Below, in pieces: positions 47,233 through 61,400 of a DNA stretch of 64,000 nt (the stretch's first letter is position 1; each line of letters begins with the position of its first letter). The notes beneath the pieces are model-generated. The model had not been told where the DNA came from. It saw only the letters and a list, made by a program, of their open reading frames with translations, and ran no database searches. Origin of the DNA: the human T2T-CHM13v2.0 reference genome, Homo sapiens; contig CP086569.2 of the NCBI GenBank assembly GCA_009914755.4, forward strand, positions 11,744,001 to 11,808,000, given 5' to 3'. The translations under genes and the position numbers were made by a program.

Positions 47233-50200
47233 TTCATTCAAATGGAATGGAATTGAATGGAATGGAATCCAATGGAATGGATAGGATTGTACTGGAATGG
47301 AATAGCATGGAATGCAACGGAGTGGAATGGAGTTGAATGAAGTGGAATGGAATCGATCGGAATGGAATCAAATGGAATGGACGGGAATGGAATGGACTGG
47401 AAGAGAACAGACTCGAATTTAATGGATTGCAATGTAATTGATTCAAAGGGAATGGAATCGAATGGAATGTAATAAAATTGAAGGGATTTGAGTTCAATGC
47501 AATGGAATAAAATGGAATGCAAAGGATAGGAAAGGTACGGAGTGAAATCGAGTGTAATGGAATCGAATGGAATGAAATGGAATGGAATGGACTCAAAAGA
47601 AATGGACGAGGGACAAAACGGAATCGAACTGATTGGAATCGAACGGAACGGAATGGAATGGAATGGTCTCCATTGGATCGGAGTAGAACGGACTGGAATG
47701 GAATGGAATGAAATGGAATGGAAAGGAATAGAATGGAATGGAATGGAATGGAATGGAATGGAAGGTAATGGAAAGATATCGAACGGATTGGAAAGGAATG
47801 GAATGGACCCTAATGGAATGGAATGGAATTCAACAGAAACGAATGGAATGGACTGGAGTGAAATGGAGTCGAATGTAATTGACTGGAGTGGAATGGACTC
47901 GAAAGGAATGGACTCGAATAGAATGGACTGGAATGGATTGTACTCGAATGGAGTGGAAAGGAATAAAATGGATTGCACCAGATTGGAATGGAACAGAATG
48001 TAATGGAATGGAATGGAATGCAATGGAATGGCTCCAATGGAATGGAGTCGAATGCAATGGAACAGAAAGGAAAGGAATTGAATGGAATTGAAAGTAATAG
48101 AACAAAATGGAGTGCAAAGGAAAGATATTGAATGGAATGAATCGAAAAGAAATCGAATGGAATGGACAAGAATGGAATGGAATAGAATGGAATAGACTGG
48201 CGTGCAATGAAAACGAATGGAACGGAAACGAATTTAATGCAATGGAAAGGAATGGAGTAGAATAAATACTATGGAATGGAATGGAGGCGAAAGGAAAAGA
48301 ATGGATTGGAATGTCACCGAATGGAAAGATATGGAATGGAAAGGAATGGATACGAATGGAATGGAATAGAAAGGAACGGAAAGGTAAAGAATGGAATGGA
48401 ATCGGATAGAATGGAATGCAATGTAATGGAGTCGAATGGAAAATAATCGTGTAGAATGATATCGAATGGAATGGAATGGAATGGAATGGACTCGAATGGA
48501 ATGTACTCAAATGGATTAGAATAGAATGGAATGGAACTAAACGTAATGAACTCGAATGGAATGGACACAAATAGAATGGAAGAGAAGGGAATGGTATTGA
48601 ATGGAATTTATTCGAAAAGAGTGGAATTCAATGGAATGCAGCAGTGTGGCATGGAATCAAATGGAATGGAATCGAATGGAATGGACCCGAGTGGAATGGA
48701 CTCACATAGAACAGCCTCGAATGTAATGGATGACAATGTATTAGATTCGAAAGGACTGAAATCGAATGGAATGTAATCAAGTAGAACGGAATTGAATGCA
48801 TGGAATGGCATAGAAAGTAACGCAATGGAATGGAATAGACTGCAATGGAATGGAATCGGATGGAATGTAATGAAATGTAATGGAAGGAATGCCATGGAAT
48901 GGAATGGAATGGAATGCAATGGGACGGTGTATAATGGAGTGCAATGGATTTCAGTGGAATGTAGTCAAAAGGAAAGAAATAGAATGGAATTCAATATAAT
49001 GGAATGGCATCCAATGGCAAGGAATGGAGCGGACTCCAATGGAAACGACATGAAAGGAATATAATAAAATGGAATGGCATTGAACGAAATGGAATGCAAT
49101 GGAGTTAAAAGGTAAAATATCGAATGGAAAAGAATTGAATGGACTCGAAAGGAATATAATGGAATGGAATGGACTCGAATGGAATGTACTAGAGTTGAAT
49201 GGAATCGAATGGAATGGAAAACAATGGAAAGGAAAGGAAGGGAATTGAAAGGAAAGGAATAGAATGGAATGGAATCGGATGGAACGGAATTGAATGGAAT
49301 GGAAACTAAAGGAATAGAATAGAAAGGAATCGCATTGAATGGAATGGAATAGAATGGAATCAGATGGAACAGAAAGGAATGGAATAGAATCGAATGGAAT
49401 GGCATCGAATGGATGGAATGGAATGTAATGGAATGGAATAGAAAGGAATGGAATGGACTCGAATGGAATGTACTCAAATGGAATAGAATAGAATGGAATG
49501 GAAGTAAATATAATGGACTCGAATGGAATGCATTGGAATAAATTGGAATTGAGTGTATTGGATTCGAATGGAAAGGAATGGAATGGAATGGAATGGAATG
49601 GAATGGAATGGATTCGAATGGAATGGAATCGAATGGAATGGAACGAATTGGAATGTAATTGAATGGAGTCAAAAACAGTAGAAAGAAATAAAGTTTCATC
49701 GAAAGATATCGAATGGAATTGAATGGAATGTACGCGAATGGAATGGACTGGAATGGAATGGAGTGACATGTAACGGAATCGAAAGGAATGGAATCCAATG
49801 AAATGGAATTGAATGGAATAGAAATGAATAGAATGGAATGGAGATTAACGGAAAGATATTAAAATAATGGAATGGAATTGAGTGGACACGAATGGAATGG
49901 ACTGGAATGGAAAGGACTCAAATGAAAACGAGCGCAATAGAATGGACTCGAATGGAATGGATTGGAGTGGAATGGTCTCGAATGGATTGGAAAGGAATGG
50001 AATGGAAAGGAATAGAATGGAATGTAATCAAATGGAACGAAATGGAATGGAATGGATTCGACTGGAGCAGAATTGAATGGAGTGGATTTGAATGGAATGG
50101 AATGCAATCGAATGGAATGGACACGAATCGAATAGAATGAAATGTAATGGCATAGAATGGAATGGAATGGAATGGAATGGAATGGAATGGAATGGAACGG

Positions 50201-52834
50201 AATTGAATGTCATGGAATGGAATGCCATGGCATGGAATGGAATGGAATGGAATGGAATGAAATGGATTGGAATGGGATGGGCCCAAAAGTAATAGACTCA
50301 AATAAAAGGGACTCAAAGAGAATGAAGTGGAAAGAAACGGTCTCGAATGTAATTTATTCGAATAGAATGATATTGAATGGAATGCAATAGTATGGAATGG
50401 TATCGAATAGAATGGAATAGAATGGAATGGAATGGAACGGAATGGAGTGCAATTGAACGGACTCAAATGCAATAAATTGCAATATAATTGATTCAAATGG
50501 AATGGAATCGAATAGAATGTAAACAAATGGAATGGAAGGCAATGCAATGGAAAGGAATCGAATGAAATGGAATAAATGGAATGGAATGGAATGGAAAGGA
50601 CGCGAATATATTGGACTGTTAAGGAAAGGTGTCAAATCGAATTTATTCCAATAGAATGGAATCGAATGGAATGCAATACTATTGAATCGAATCGAATGGA
50701 ATGGAATTGAATGGAATGGACAGGAATGGAATGAACTGGAAGTGAATGGACAGGAACGTAATATATTGCAATGTAATTTATTCAAATGGAATGGAATGCA
50801 ATCGAATGGAATGGACTCGATTGGAATGGACTGGAGTGGAATGGATTCAAATGGAATGGCAAGGAATGGAATGGAATGGAATGGAAAGCAAAGGAATCTA
50901 CTGGAATAGAATCGAACGGAACAGAAAGGAATGGAATGGAATGGAGTGGAATGGACTCGAATGGAATGTATTCGAATGTAATGGACCTAAAAAGGAATGG
51001 AATCCAATGGAATGGAATTGAATGGAATCAAAAGGAATAGAAAGGCATCGAGTGTAATTGAATGATATCGAAAGGAAGGGAATGGAATGAACTCGAATGG
51101 AATGCACTGGAATGGAATGGACTCGATCAGAACGGACTGGAGAGGAATGTACACAAATGGAATGGAAACGAATGGAATGGAATGAAATGGAATGGAATGA
51201 AATGGAATTGAAAGGAAGGGAATCAAATGGAATGGAATGGAATGGATTGGAATAGAATGGATTCAAATAAAATAGAATCGATGGGAATGGTATTGAATGA
51301 AAGGGACTTGAATGGAATGGAAAGCAATGGAAGATATTGGAATCGAATGGCATCGAATGAAATGGAATGGAACGGAATGGAACGGAACCGAATGGAATGG
51401 AATGGACTCAAATGTAATGGACACCAATGGAATCGACTGAAATATAATAGTGTCGAAAGGAATGGCCTCGAGCGGAATTTATTTGAATAGAATGGAATCA
51501 AATGGAATACAATACCATTGAATGGAATCGAATGGAATGGAATCGAATGGAATGGAATCAAATGGAATGGAACGGAATTCAATATAATGGAGTAGAATGG
51601 AATGCATTGGAAAGGAGCAGAGTGGAATCAAGTGGAATGGAATCGAGTGGAATGGAATCGAGTGGAATGGAATCAATGGGAACAAAATCGAATTGAATGG
51701 ACTTGAATGGAATTGACTCGAAAGGAATTGACTCGAAAGAAATGGACTGGAACAAAAAGGAATCAAATGGACAGGAATGGGATGGAATGGACACGAATGG
51801 AATGGAGTCAAATGCAAACGCATCGAATGGAATGGATTGAAATGGAATGCAATGGAATGGAACAGAAAGGAAGAGAATGGAATTGAGAGTAATGGAAAGA
51901 TATCGATTGGAATGAAATGGAATGGAAATGAATTGAATGGAAAGGAATGGAGTGGAAAGAAATGGATTGGAATGGAATGGTCTCCAATGGAATGGACTGG
52001 AGTGGAATGGAATCGAATGGAATGAAAAGAATGGAACGGAATGGAATGGAAAGGAATAGAATGTTATGGAATCCGATTGGACAGAATGGAATGGAATGGA
52101 GTTTCATGAAATGGAGTCGAATAGAGTGTCATCAAAAGGAATGGAATGGAATGGAGTGGACTCAAAAGGAATGGACTCGAAAGGAATGGAGTCCAACCAA
52201 ATTGAATCAAATGGATTGGAGTCGAACAGAATGGAATGGAATGAAATGTACTCGACTGGAGTAGAGAGGAATGTAAAGGAATAGAATGGAATGTAATCAA
52301 ATGGATTGCAAGTGAATGGAATCAAAAATAATAGAAAGGAATGGAGTGTAAAGGGATGATATTGAATATAATGGAATGGAATGGAATTTAATGGAATGGA
52401 GACGAAGGAATGGACAGGAATGTAATGGACTCCAATGGAATGGAATGGATCAAAATGGATTTGAACAGATTGGAATCGAACGGAATGGAATGCAACGGCA
52501 TGGAATGGACTCGAATGGAGAAGAGACAAATGGAATGGAAACGAATTCAATGGAATTGAAAAGAATAGGATGGAATGGCGTGTAATGGTAAGATACTAAA
52601 TGGAATGGAATTGAATGGAATGGAATGGACCCAAATGTAATGCACTCGAAAGGAATATACTCAAATAGAACGGAATCGAAAGGAAAGGTCTCAAATGGAA
52701 TTTATTCAATACAATGGAATCGAATGGAATGCAATAGAATGGAATGGAATCGAATGTAATGGAATCAAATAGAATGGACCAGTATGGAATGGACTGCCAT
52801 AGAACGGACTGCAGTGTAATGGATTGAATTCTAA
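47233..52834 (+). repeat. HOR copy 8 (full form, 5602 bp). It is near-identical to copies 9 and 10.
   Basis: The phase marker sits at 47233 and 52835. The ORF peptides at 48531, 48792, 49892, 50682 and others are identical to those at 54133, 54394, 55499 and 56289. Confidence 0.85.
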
Positions 52835-55800
52835 TTCATTCAAATGGAATGGAATTGAATGGAATGGAATCCAATGGAATGGATAGGATTGTACTGGAAT
52901 GGAATAGCATGGAATGCAACGGAGTGGAATGGAGTTGAATGAAGTGGAATGGAATCGATCGGAATGGAATCAAATGGAATGGACGGGAATGGAATGGACT
53001 GGAAGAGAACAGACTCGAATTTAATGGATTGCAATGTAATTGATTCAAAGGGAATGGAATCGAATGGAATGTAATAAAATTGAAGGGATTTGAGTTCAAT
53101 GCAATGGAATAAAATGGAATGCAAAGGATAGGAAAGGTACGGAGTGAAATCGAGTGTAATGGAATCGAATGGAATGAAATGGAATGGAATGGACTCAAAA
53201 GAAATGGACGAGGGACAAAACGGAATCGAACTGATTGGAATCGAACGGAACGGAATGGAATGGAATGGTCTCCATTGGATCGGAGTAGAACGGACTGGAA
53301 TGGAATGGAATGAAATGGAATGGAAAGGAATAGAATGGAATGGAATGGAATGGAATGGAATGGAAGGTAATGGAAAGATATCGAACGGATTGGAAAGGAA
53401 TGGAATGGACCCTAATGGAATGGAATGGAATTCAACAGAAACGAATGGAATGGACTGGAGTGAAATGGAGTCGAATGTAATTGACTGGAGTGGAATGGAC
53501 TCGAAAGGAATGGACTCGAATAGAATGGACTGGAATGGATTGTACTCGAATGGAGTGGAAAGGAATAAAATGGATTGCACCAGATTGGAATGGAACAGAA
53601 TGTAATGGAATGGAATGGAATGCAATGGAATGGCTCCAATGGAATGGAGTCGAATGCAATGGAACAGAAAGGAAAGGAATTGAATGGAATTGAAAGTAAT
53701 AGAACAAAATGGAGTGCAAAGGAAAGATATTGAATGGAATGAATCGAAAAGAAATCGAATGGAATGGACAAGAATGGAATGGAATAGAATGGAATAGACT
53801 GGCGTGCAATGAAAACGAATGGAACGGAAACGAATGGAATGCAATGGAAAGGAATGGAGTAGAATAAATACTATGGAATGGAATGGAGGCGAAAGGAAAA
53901 GAATGGATTGGAATGTCACCGAATGGAAAGATATGGAATGGAAAGGAATGGATACGAATGGAATGGAATAGAAAGGAACGGAAAGGTAAAGAATGGAATG
54001 GAATCGGATAGAATGGAATGCAATGTAATGGAGTCGAATGGAAAATAATCGTGTAGAATGATATCGAATGGAATGGAATGGAATGGAATGGACTCGAATG
54101 GAATGTACTCAAATGGATTAGAATAGAATGGAATGGAACTAAACGTAATGAACTCGAATGGAATGGACACAAATAGAATGGAAGAGAAGGGAATGGTATT
54201 GAATGGAATTTATTCGAAAAGAGTGGAATTCAATGGAATGCAGCAGTGTGGCATGGAATCAAATGGAATGGAATCGAATGGAATGGACCCGAGTGGAATG
54301 GACTCACATAGAACAGCCTCGAATGTAATGGATGACAATGTATTAGATTCGAAAGGACTGAAATCGAATGGAATGTAATCAAGTAGAACGGAATTGAATG
54401 CATGGAATGGCATAGAAAGTAACGCAATGGAATGGAATAGACTGGAATGGAATGGAATCGGATGGAATGTAATGAAATGTAATGGAAGGAATGCCATGGA
54501 ATGGAATGGAATGGAATGCAATGGGACGGTGTATAATGGAGTGCAATGGATTTCAGTGGAATGTAGTCAAAAGGAAAGAAATAGAATGGAATTCAATATA
54601 ATGGAATGGCATCCAATGGCAAGGAATGGAGCGGACTCCAATGGAAACGACATGAAAGGAATATAATAAAATGGAATGGCATTGAACGAAATGGAATGCA
54701 ATGGAGTTAAAAGGTAAAATATCGAATGGAAAAGAATTGAATGGACTCGAAAGGAATATAATGGAATGGAATGGACTCGAATGGAATGTACTAGAGTTGA
54801 ATGGAATCGAATGGAATGGAAAACAATGGAAAGGAAAGGAAGGGAATTGAAAGGAAAGGAATAGAATGGAATGGAATCGGATGGAACGGAATTGAATGGA
54901 ATGGAAACTAAAGGAATAGAATAGAAAGGAATCGCATTGAATGGAATGGAATAGAATGGAATCAGATGGAACAGAAAGGAATGGAATAGAATCGAATGGA
55001 ATGGCATCGAATGGATGGAATGGAATGTAATGGAATGGAATAGAAAGGAATGGAATGGACTCGAATGGAATGTACTCAAATGGAATAGAATAGAATGGAA
55101 TGGAAGTAAATATAATGGACTCGAATGGAATGCATTGGAATAAATTGGAATTGAGTGTATTGGATTCGAATGGAAAGGAATGGAATGGAATGGAATGGAA
55201 TGGAATGGAATGGAATGGATTCGAATGGAATGGAATCGAATGGAATGGAACGAATTGGAATGTAATTGAATGGAGTCAAAAACAGTAGAAAGAAATAAAG
55301 TTTCATCGAAAGATATCGAATGGAATTGAATGGAATGTACGCGAATGGAATGGACTGGAATGGAATGGAGTGACATGTAACGGAATCGAAAGGAATGGAA
55401 TCCAATGAAATGGAATTGAATGGAATAGAAATGAATAGAATGGAATGGAGATTAACGGAAAGATATTAAAATAATGGAATGGAATTGAGTGGACACGAAT
55501 GGAATGGACTGGAATGGAAAGGACTCAAATGAAAACGAGCGCAATAGAATGGACTCGAATGGAATGGATTGGAGTGGAATGGTCTCGAATGGATTGGAAA
55601 GGAATGGAATGGAAAGGAATAGAATGGAATGTAATCAAATGGAACGAAATGGAATGGAATGGATTCGACTGGAGCAGAATTGAATGGAGTGGATTTGAAT
55701 GGAATGGAATGCAATCGAATGGAATGGACACGAATCGAATAGAATGAAATGTAATGGCATAGAATGGAATGGAATGGAATGGAATGGAATGGAATGGAAT

Positions 55801-58441
55801 GGAACGGAATTGAATGTCATGGAATGGAATGGCATGGCATGGAATGGAATGGAATGGAATGGAATGAAATGGATTGGAATGGGATGGGCCCAAAAGTAAT
55901 AGACTCAAATAAAAGGGACTCAAAGAGAATGAAGTGGAAAGAAACGGTCTCGAATGTAATTTATTCGAATAGAATGATATTGAATGGAATGCAATAGTAT
56001 GGAATGGTATCGAATAGAATGGAATAGAATGGAATGGAATGGAACGGAATGGAGTGCAATTGAACGGACTCAAATGCAATAAATTGCAATATAATTGATT
56101 CAAATGGAATGGAATTGAATAGAATGTAAACAAATGGAATGGAAGGCAATGCAATGGAAAGGAATCGAATGAAATGGAATAAATGGAATGGAATGGAATG
56201 GAAAGGACGCGAATATATTGGACTGTTAAGGAAAGGTGTCAAATCGATTTTATTCCAATAGAATGGAATCGAATGGAATGCAATACTATTGAATCGAATC
56301 GAATGGAATGGAATTGAATGGAATGGACAGGAATGGAATGAACTGGAAGTGAATGGACAGGAACGTAATATATTGCAATGTAATTTATTCAAATGGAATG
56401 GAATGCAATCGAATGGAATGGACTCGATTGGAATGGACTGGAGTGGAATGGATTCAAATGGAATGGCAAGGAATGGAATGGAATGGAATGGAAAGCAAAG
56501 GAATCTACTGGAATAGAATCGAACGGAACAGAAAGGAATGGAATGGAATGGAGTGGAATGGACTCGAATGGAATGTATTCGAATGTAATGGACCTAAAAA
56601 GGAATGGAATCCAATGGAATGGAATTGAATGGAATCAAAAGGAATAGAAAGGCATCGAGTGTAATTGAATGATATCGAAAGGAAGGGAATGGAATGAACT
56701 CGAATGGAATGCACTGGAATGGAATGGACTCGATCAGAACGGACTGGAGAGGAATGTACACAAATGGAATGGAAACGAATGGAATGGAATGAAATGGAAT
56801 GGAATGAAATGGAATTGAAAGGAAGGGAATCAAATGGAATGGAATGGAATGGATTGGAATAGAATGGATTCAAATAAAATAGAATCGATGGGAATGGTAT
56901 TGAATGAAAGGGACTTGAATGGAATGGAAAGCAATGGAAGATATTGGAATCGAATGGCATCGAATGAAATGGAATGGAACGGAATGGAACGGAACCGAAT
57001 GGAATGGAATGGACTCAAATGTAATGGACACCAATGGAATCGACTGAAATATAATAGTGTCGAAAGGAATGGCCTCGAGCGGAATTTATTTGAATAGAAT
57101 GGAATCAAATGGAATACAATACCATTGAATGGAATCGAATGGAATGGAATCGAATGGAATGGAATCAAATGGAATGGAACGGAATTCAATATAATGGAGT
57201 AGAATGGAATGCATTGGAAAGGAGCAGAGTGGAATCAAGTGGAATGGAATCGAGTGGAATGGAATCGAGTGGAATGGAATCAATGGGAACAAAATCGAAT
57301 TGAATGGACTTGAATGGAATTGACTCGAAAGGAATTGACTCGAAAGAAATGGACTGGAACAAAAAGGAATCAAATGGACAGGAATGGGATGGAATGGACA
57401 CGAATGGAATGGAGTCAAATGCAAACGCATCGAATGGAATGGATTGAAATGGAATGCAATGGAATGGAACAGAAAGGAAGAGAATGGAATTGAGAGTAAT
57501 GGAAAGATATCGATTGGAATGAAATGGAATGGAAATGAATTGAATGGAAAGGAATGGAGTGGAAAGAAATGGATTGGAATGGAATGGTCTCCAATGGAAT
57601 GGACTGGAGTGGAATGGAATCGAATGGAATGAAAAGAATGGAACGGAATGGAATGGAAAGGAATAGAATGTTATGGAATCCGATTGGACAGAATGGAATG
57701 GAATGGAGTTTCATGAAATGGAGTCGAATAGAGTGTCATCAAAAGGAATGGAATGGAATGGAGTGGACTCAAAAGGAATGGACTCGAAAGGAATGGAGTC
57801 CAACCAAATTGAATCAAATGGATTGGAGTCGAACAGAATGGAATGGAATGAAATGTACTCGACTGGAGTAGAGAGGAATGTAAAGGAATAGAATGGAATG
57901 TAATCAAATGGATTGCAAGTGAATGGAATCAAAAATAATAGAAAGGAATGGAGTGTAAAGGGATGATATTGAATATAATGGAATGGAATGGAATTTAATG
58001 GAATGGAGACGAAGGAATGGACAGGAATGTAATGGACTCCAATGGAATGGAATGGATCAAAATGGATTTGAACAGATTGGAATCGAACGGAATGGAATGC
58101 AACGGCATGGAATGGACTCGAATGGAGAAGAGACAAATGGAATGGAAACGAATTCAATGGAATTGAAAAGAATAGGATGGAATGGCGTGTAATGGTAAGA
58201 TACTAAATGGAATGGAATTGAATGGAATGGAATGGACCCAAATGTAATGCACTCGAAAGGAATATACTCAAATAGAACGGAATCGAAAGGAAAGGTCTCA
58301 AATGGAATTTATTCAATACAATGGAATCGAATGGAATGCAATAGAATGGAATGGAATCGAATGTAATGGAATCAAATAGAATGGACCAGTATGGAATGGA
58401 CTGCCATAGAACGGACTGCAGTGTAATGGATTGAATTCTAA
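52835..58441 (+). repeat. HOR copy 9 (full form, 5607 bp).
   Basis: The phase marker sits at 52835 and 58442. The 359-aa artefact ORF at 52840-53919 is identical to the one at 58447-59526. Confidence 0.85.
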
Positions 58442-61400
58442 TTCATTCAAATGGAATGGAATTGAATGGAATGGAATCCAATGGAATGGATAGGATTGTA
58501 CTGGAATGGAATAGCATGGAATGCAACGGAGTGGAATGGAGTTGAATGAAGTGGAATGGAATCGATCGGAATGGAATCAAATGGAATGGACGGGAATGGA
58601 ATGGACTGGAAGAGAACAGACTCGAATTTAATGGATTGCAATGTAATTGATTCAAAGGGAATGGAATCGAATGGAATGTAATAAAATTGAAGGGATTTGA
58701 GTTCAATGCAATGGAATAAAATGGAATGCAAAGGATAGGAAAGGTACGGAGTGAAATCGAGTGTAATGGAATCGAATGGAATGAAATGGAATGGAATGGA
58801 CTCAAAAGAAATGGACGAGGGACAAAACGGAATCGAACTGATTGGAATCGAACGGAACGGAATGGAATGGAATGGTCTCCATTGGATCGGAGTAGAACGG
58901 ACTGGAATGGAATGGAATGAAATGGAATGGAAAGGAATAGAATGGAATGGAATGGAATGGAATGGAATGGAAGGTAATGGAAAGATATCGAACGGATTGG
59001 AAAGGAATGGAATGGACCCTAATGGAATGGAATGGAATTCAACAGAAACGAATGGAATGGACTGGAGTGAAATGGAGTCGAATGTAATTGACTGGAGTGG
59101 AATGGACTCGAAAGGAATGGACTCGAATAGAATGGACTGGAATGGATTGTACTCGAATGGAGTGGAAAGGAATAAAATGGATTGCACCAGATTGGAATGG
59201 AACAGAATGTAATGGAATGGAATGGAATGCAATGGAATGGCTCCAATGGAATGGAGTCGAATGCAATGGAACAGAAAGGAAAGGAATTGAATGGAATTGA
59301 AAGTAATAGAACAAAATGGAGTGCAAAGGAAAGATATTGAATGGAATGAATCGAAAAGAAATCGAATGGAATGGACAAGAATGGAATGGAATAGAATGGA
59401 ATAGACTGGCGTGCAATGAAAACGAATGGAACGGAAACGAATGGAATGCAATGGAAAGGAATGGAGTAGAATAAATACTATGGAATGGAATGGAGGCGAA
59501 AGGAAAAGAATGGATTGGAATGTCACCGAATGGAAAGATATGGAATGGAAAGGAATGGATACGAATGGAATGGAATAGAAAGGAACGGAAAGGTAAAGAA
59601 TGGAATGGAATCGGATAGAATGGAATGCAATGTAATGGAGTCGAATGGAAAATAATCGTGTAGAATGATATCGAATGGAATGGAATGGAATGGAATGGAC
59701 TCGAATGGAATGTACTCAAATGGATTAGAATAGAATGGAATGGAACTAAACGTAATGAACTCGAATGGAATGGACACAAATAGAATGGAAGAGAAGGGAA
59801 TGGTATTGAATGGAATTTATTCGAAAAGAGTGGAATTCAATGGAATGCAGCAGTGTGGCATGGAATCAAATGGAATGGAATCGAATGGAATGGACCCGAG
59901 TGGAATGGACTCACATAGAACAGCCTCGAATGTAATGGATGACAATGTATTAGATTCGAAAGGACTGAAATCGAATGGAATGTAATCAAGTAGAACGGAA
60001 TTGAATGCATGGAATGGCATAGAAAGTAACGCAATGGAATGGAATAGACTGGAATGGAATGGAATCGGATGGAATGTAATGAAATGTAATGGAAGGAATG
60101 CCATGGAATGGAATGGAATGGAAGGCAATGGGACGGTGTATAATGGAGTGCAATGGATTTCAGTGGAATGTAGTCAAAAGGAAAGAAATAGAATGGAATT
60201 CAATATAATGGAATGGCATCCAATGGCAAGGAATGGAGCGGACTCCAATGGAAACGACATGAAAGGAATATAATAAAATGGAATGGCATTGAACGAAATG
60301 GAATGCAATGGAGTTAAAAGGTAAAATATCGAATGGAAAAGAATTGAATGGACTCGAAAGAAATATAATGGAATGGAATGGACTCGAATGGAATGTACTA
60401 GAGTTGAATGGAATCGAATGGAATGGAAAACAATGGAAAGGAAAGGAAGGGAATTGAAAGGAAAGGAATAGAATGGAATGGAATCGGATGGAACGGAATT
60501 GAATGGAATGGAAACTAAAGGAATAGAATAGAAAGGAATCGCATTGAATGGAATGGAATAGAATGGAATCAGATGGAACAGAAAGGAATGGAATAGAATC
60601 GAATGGAATGGCATCGAATGGATGGAATGGAATGTAATGGAATGGAATAGAAAGGAATGGAATGGACTCGAATGGAATGTACTCAAATGGAATAGAATAG
60701 AATGGAATGGAAGTAAATATAATGGACTCGAATGGAATGCATTGGAATAAATTGGAATTGAGTGTATTGGATTCGAATGGAAAGGAATGGAATGGAATGG
60801 AATGGAATGGAATGGAATGGATTCGAATGGAATGGAATCGAATGGAATGGAACGAATTGGAATGTAATTGAATGGAGTCAAAAACAGTAGAAAGAAATAA
60901 AGTTTCATCGAAAGATATCGAATGGAATTGAATGGAATGTATGCGAATGGAATGGACTGGAATGGAATGGAGTGACATGTAACGGAATCGAAAGGAATGG
61001 AATCCAATGAAATGGAATTGAATGGAATAGAAATGAATAGAATGGAATGGAGATTAACGGAAAGATATTAAAATAATGGAATGGAATTGAGTGGACACGA
61101 ATGGAATGGACTGGAATGGAAAGGACTCAAATGAAAACGAGCGCAATAGAATGGACTCGAATGGAATGGATTGGAGTGGAATGGTCTCGAATGGATTGGA
61201 AAGGAATGGAATGGAAAGGAATAGAATGGAATGTAATCAAATGGAACGAAATGGAATGGAATGGATTCGACTGGAGCAGAATTGAATGGAGTGGATTTGA
61301 ATGGAATGGAATGCAATCGAATGGAATGGACACGAATCGAATAGAATGAAATGTAATGGCATAGAATGGAATGGAATGGAATGGAATGGAATGGAATGGA

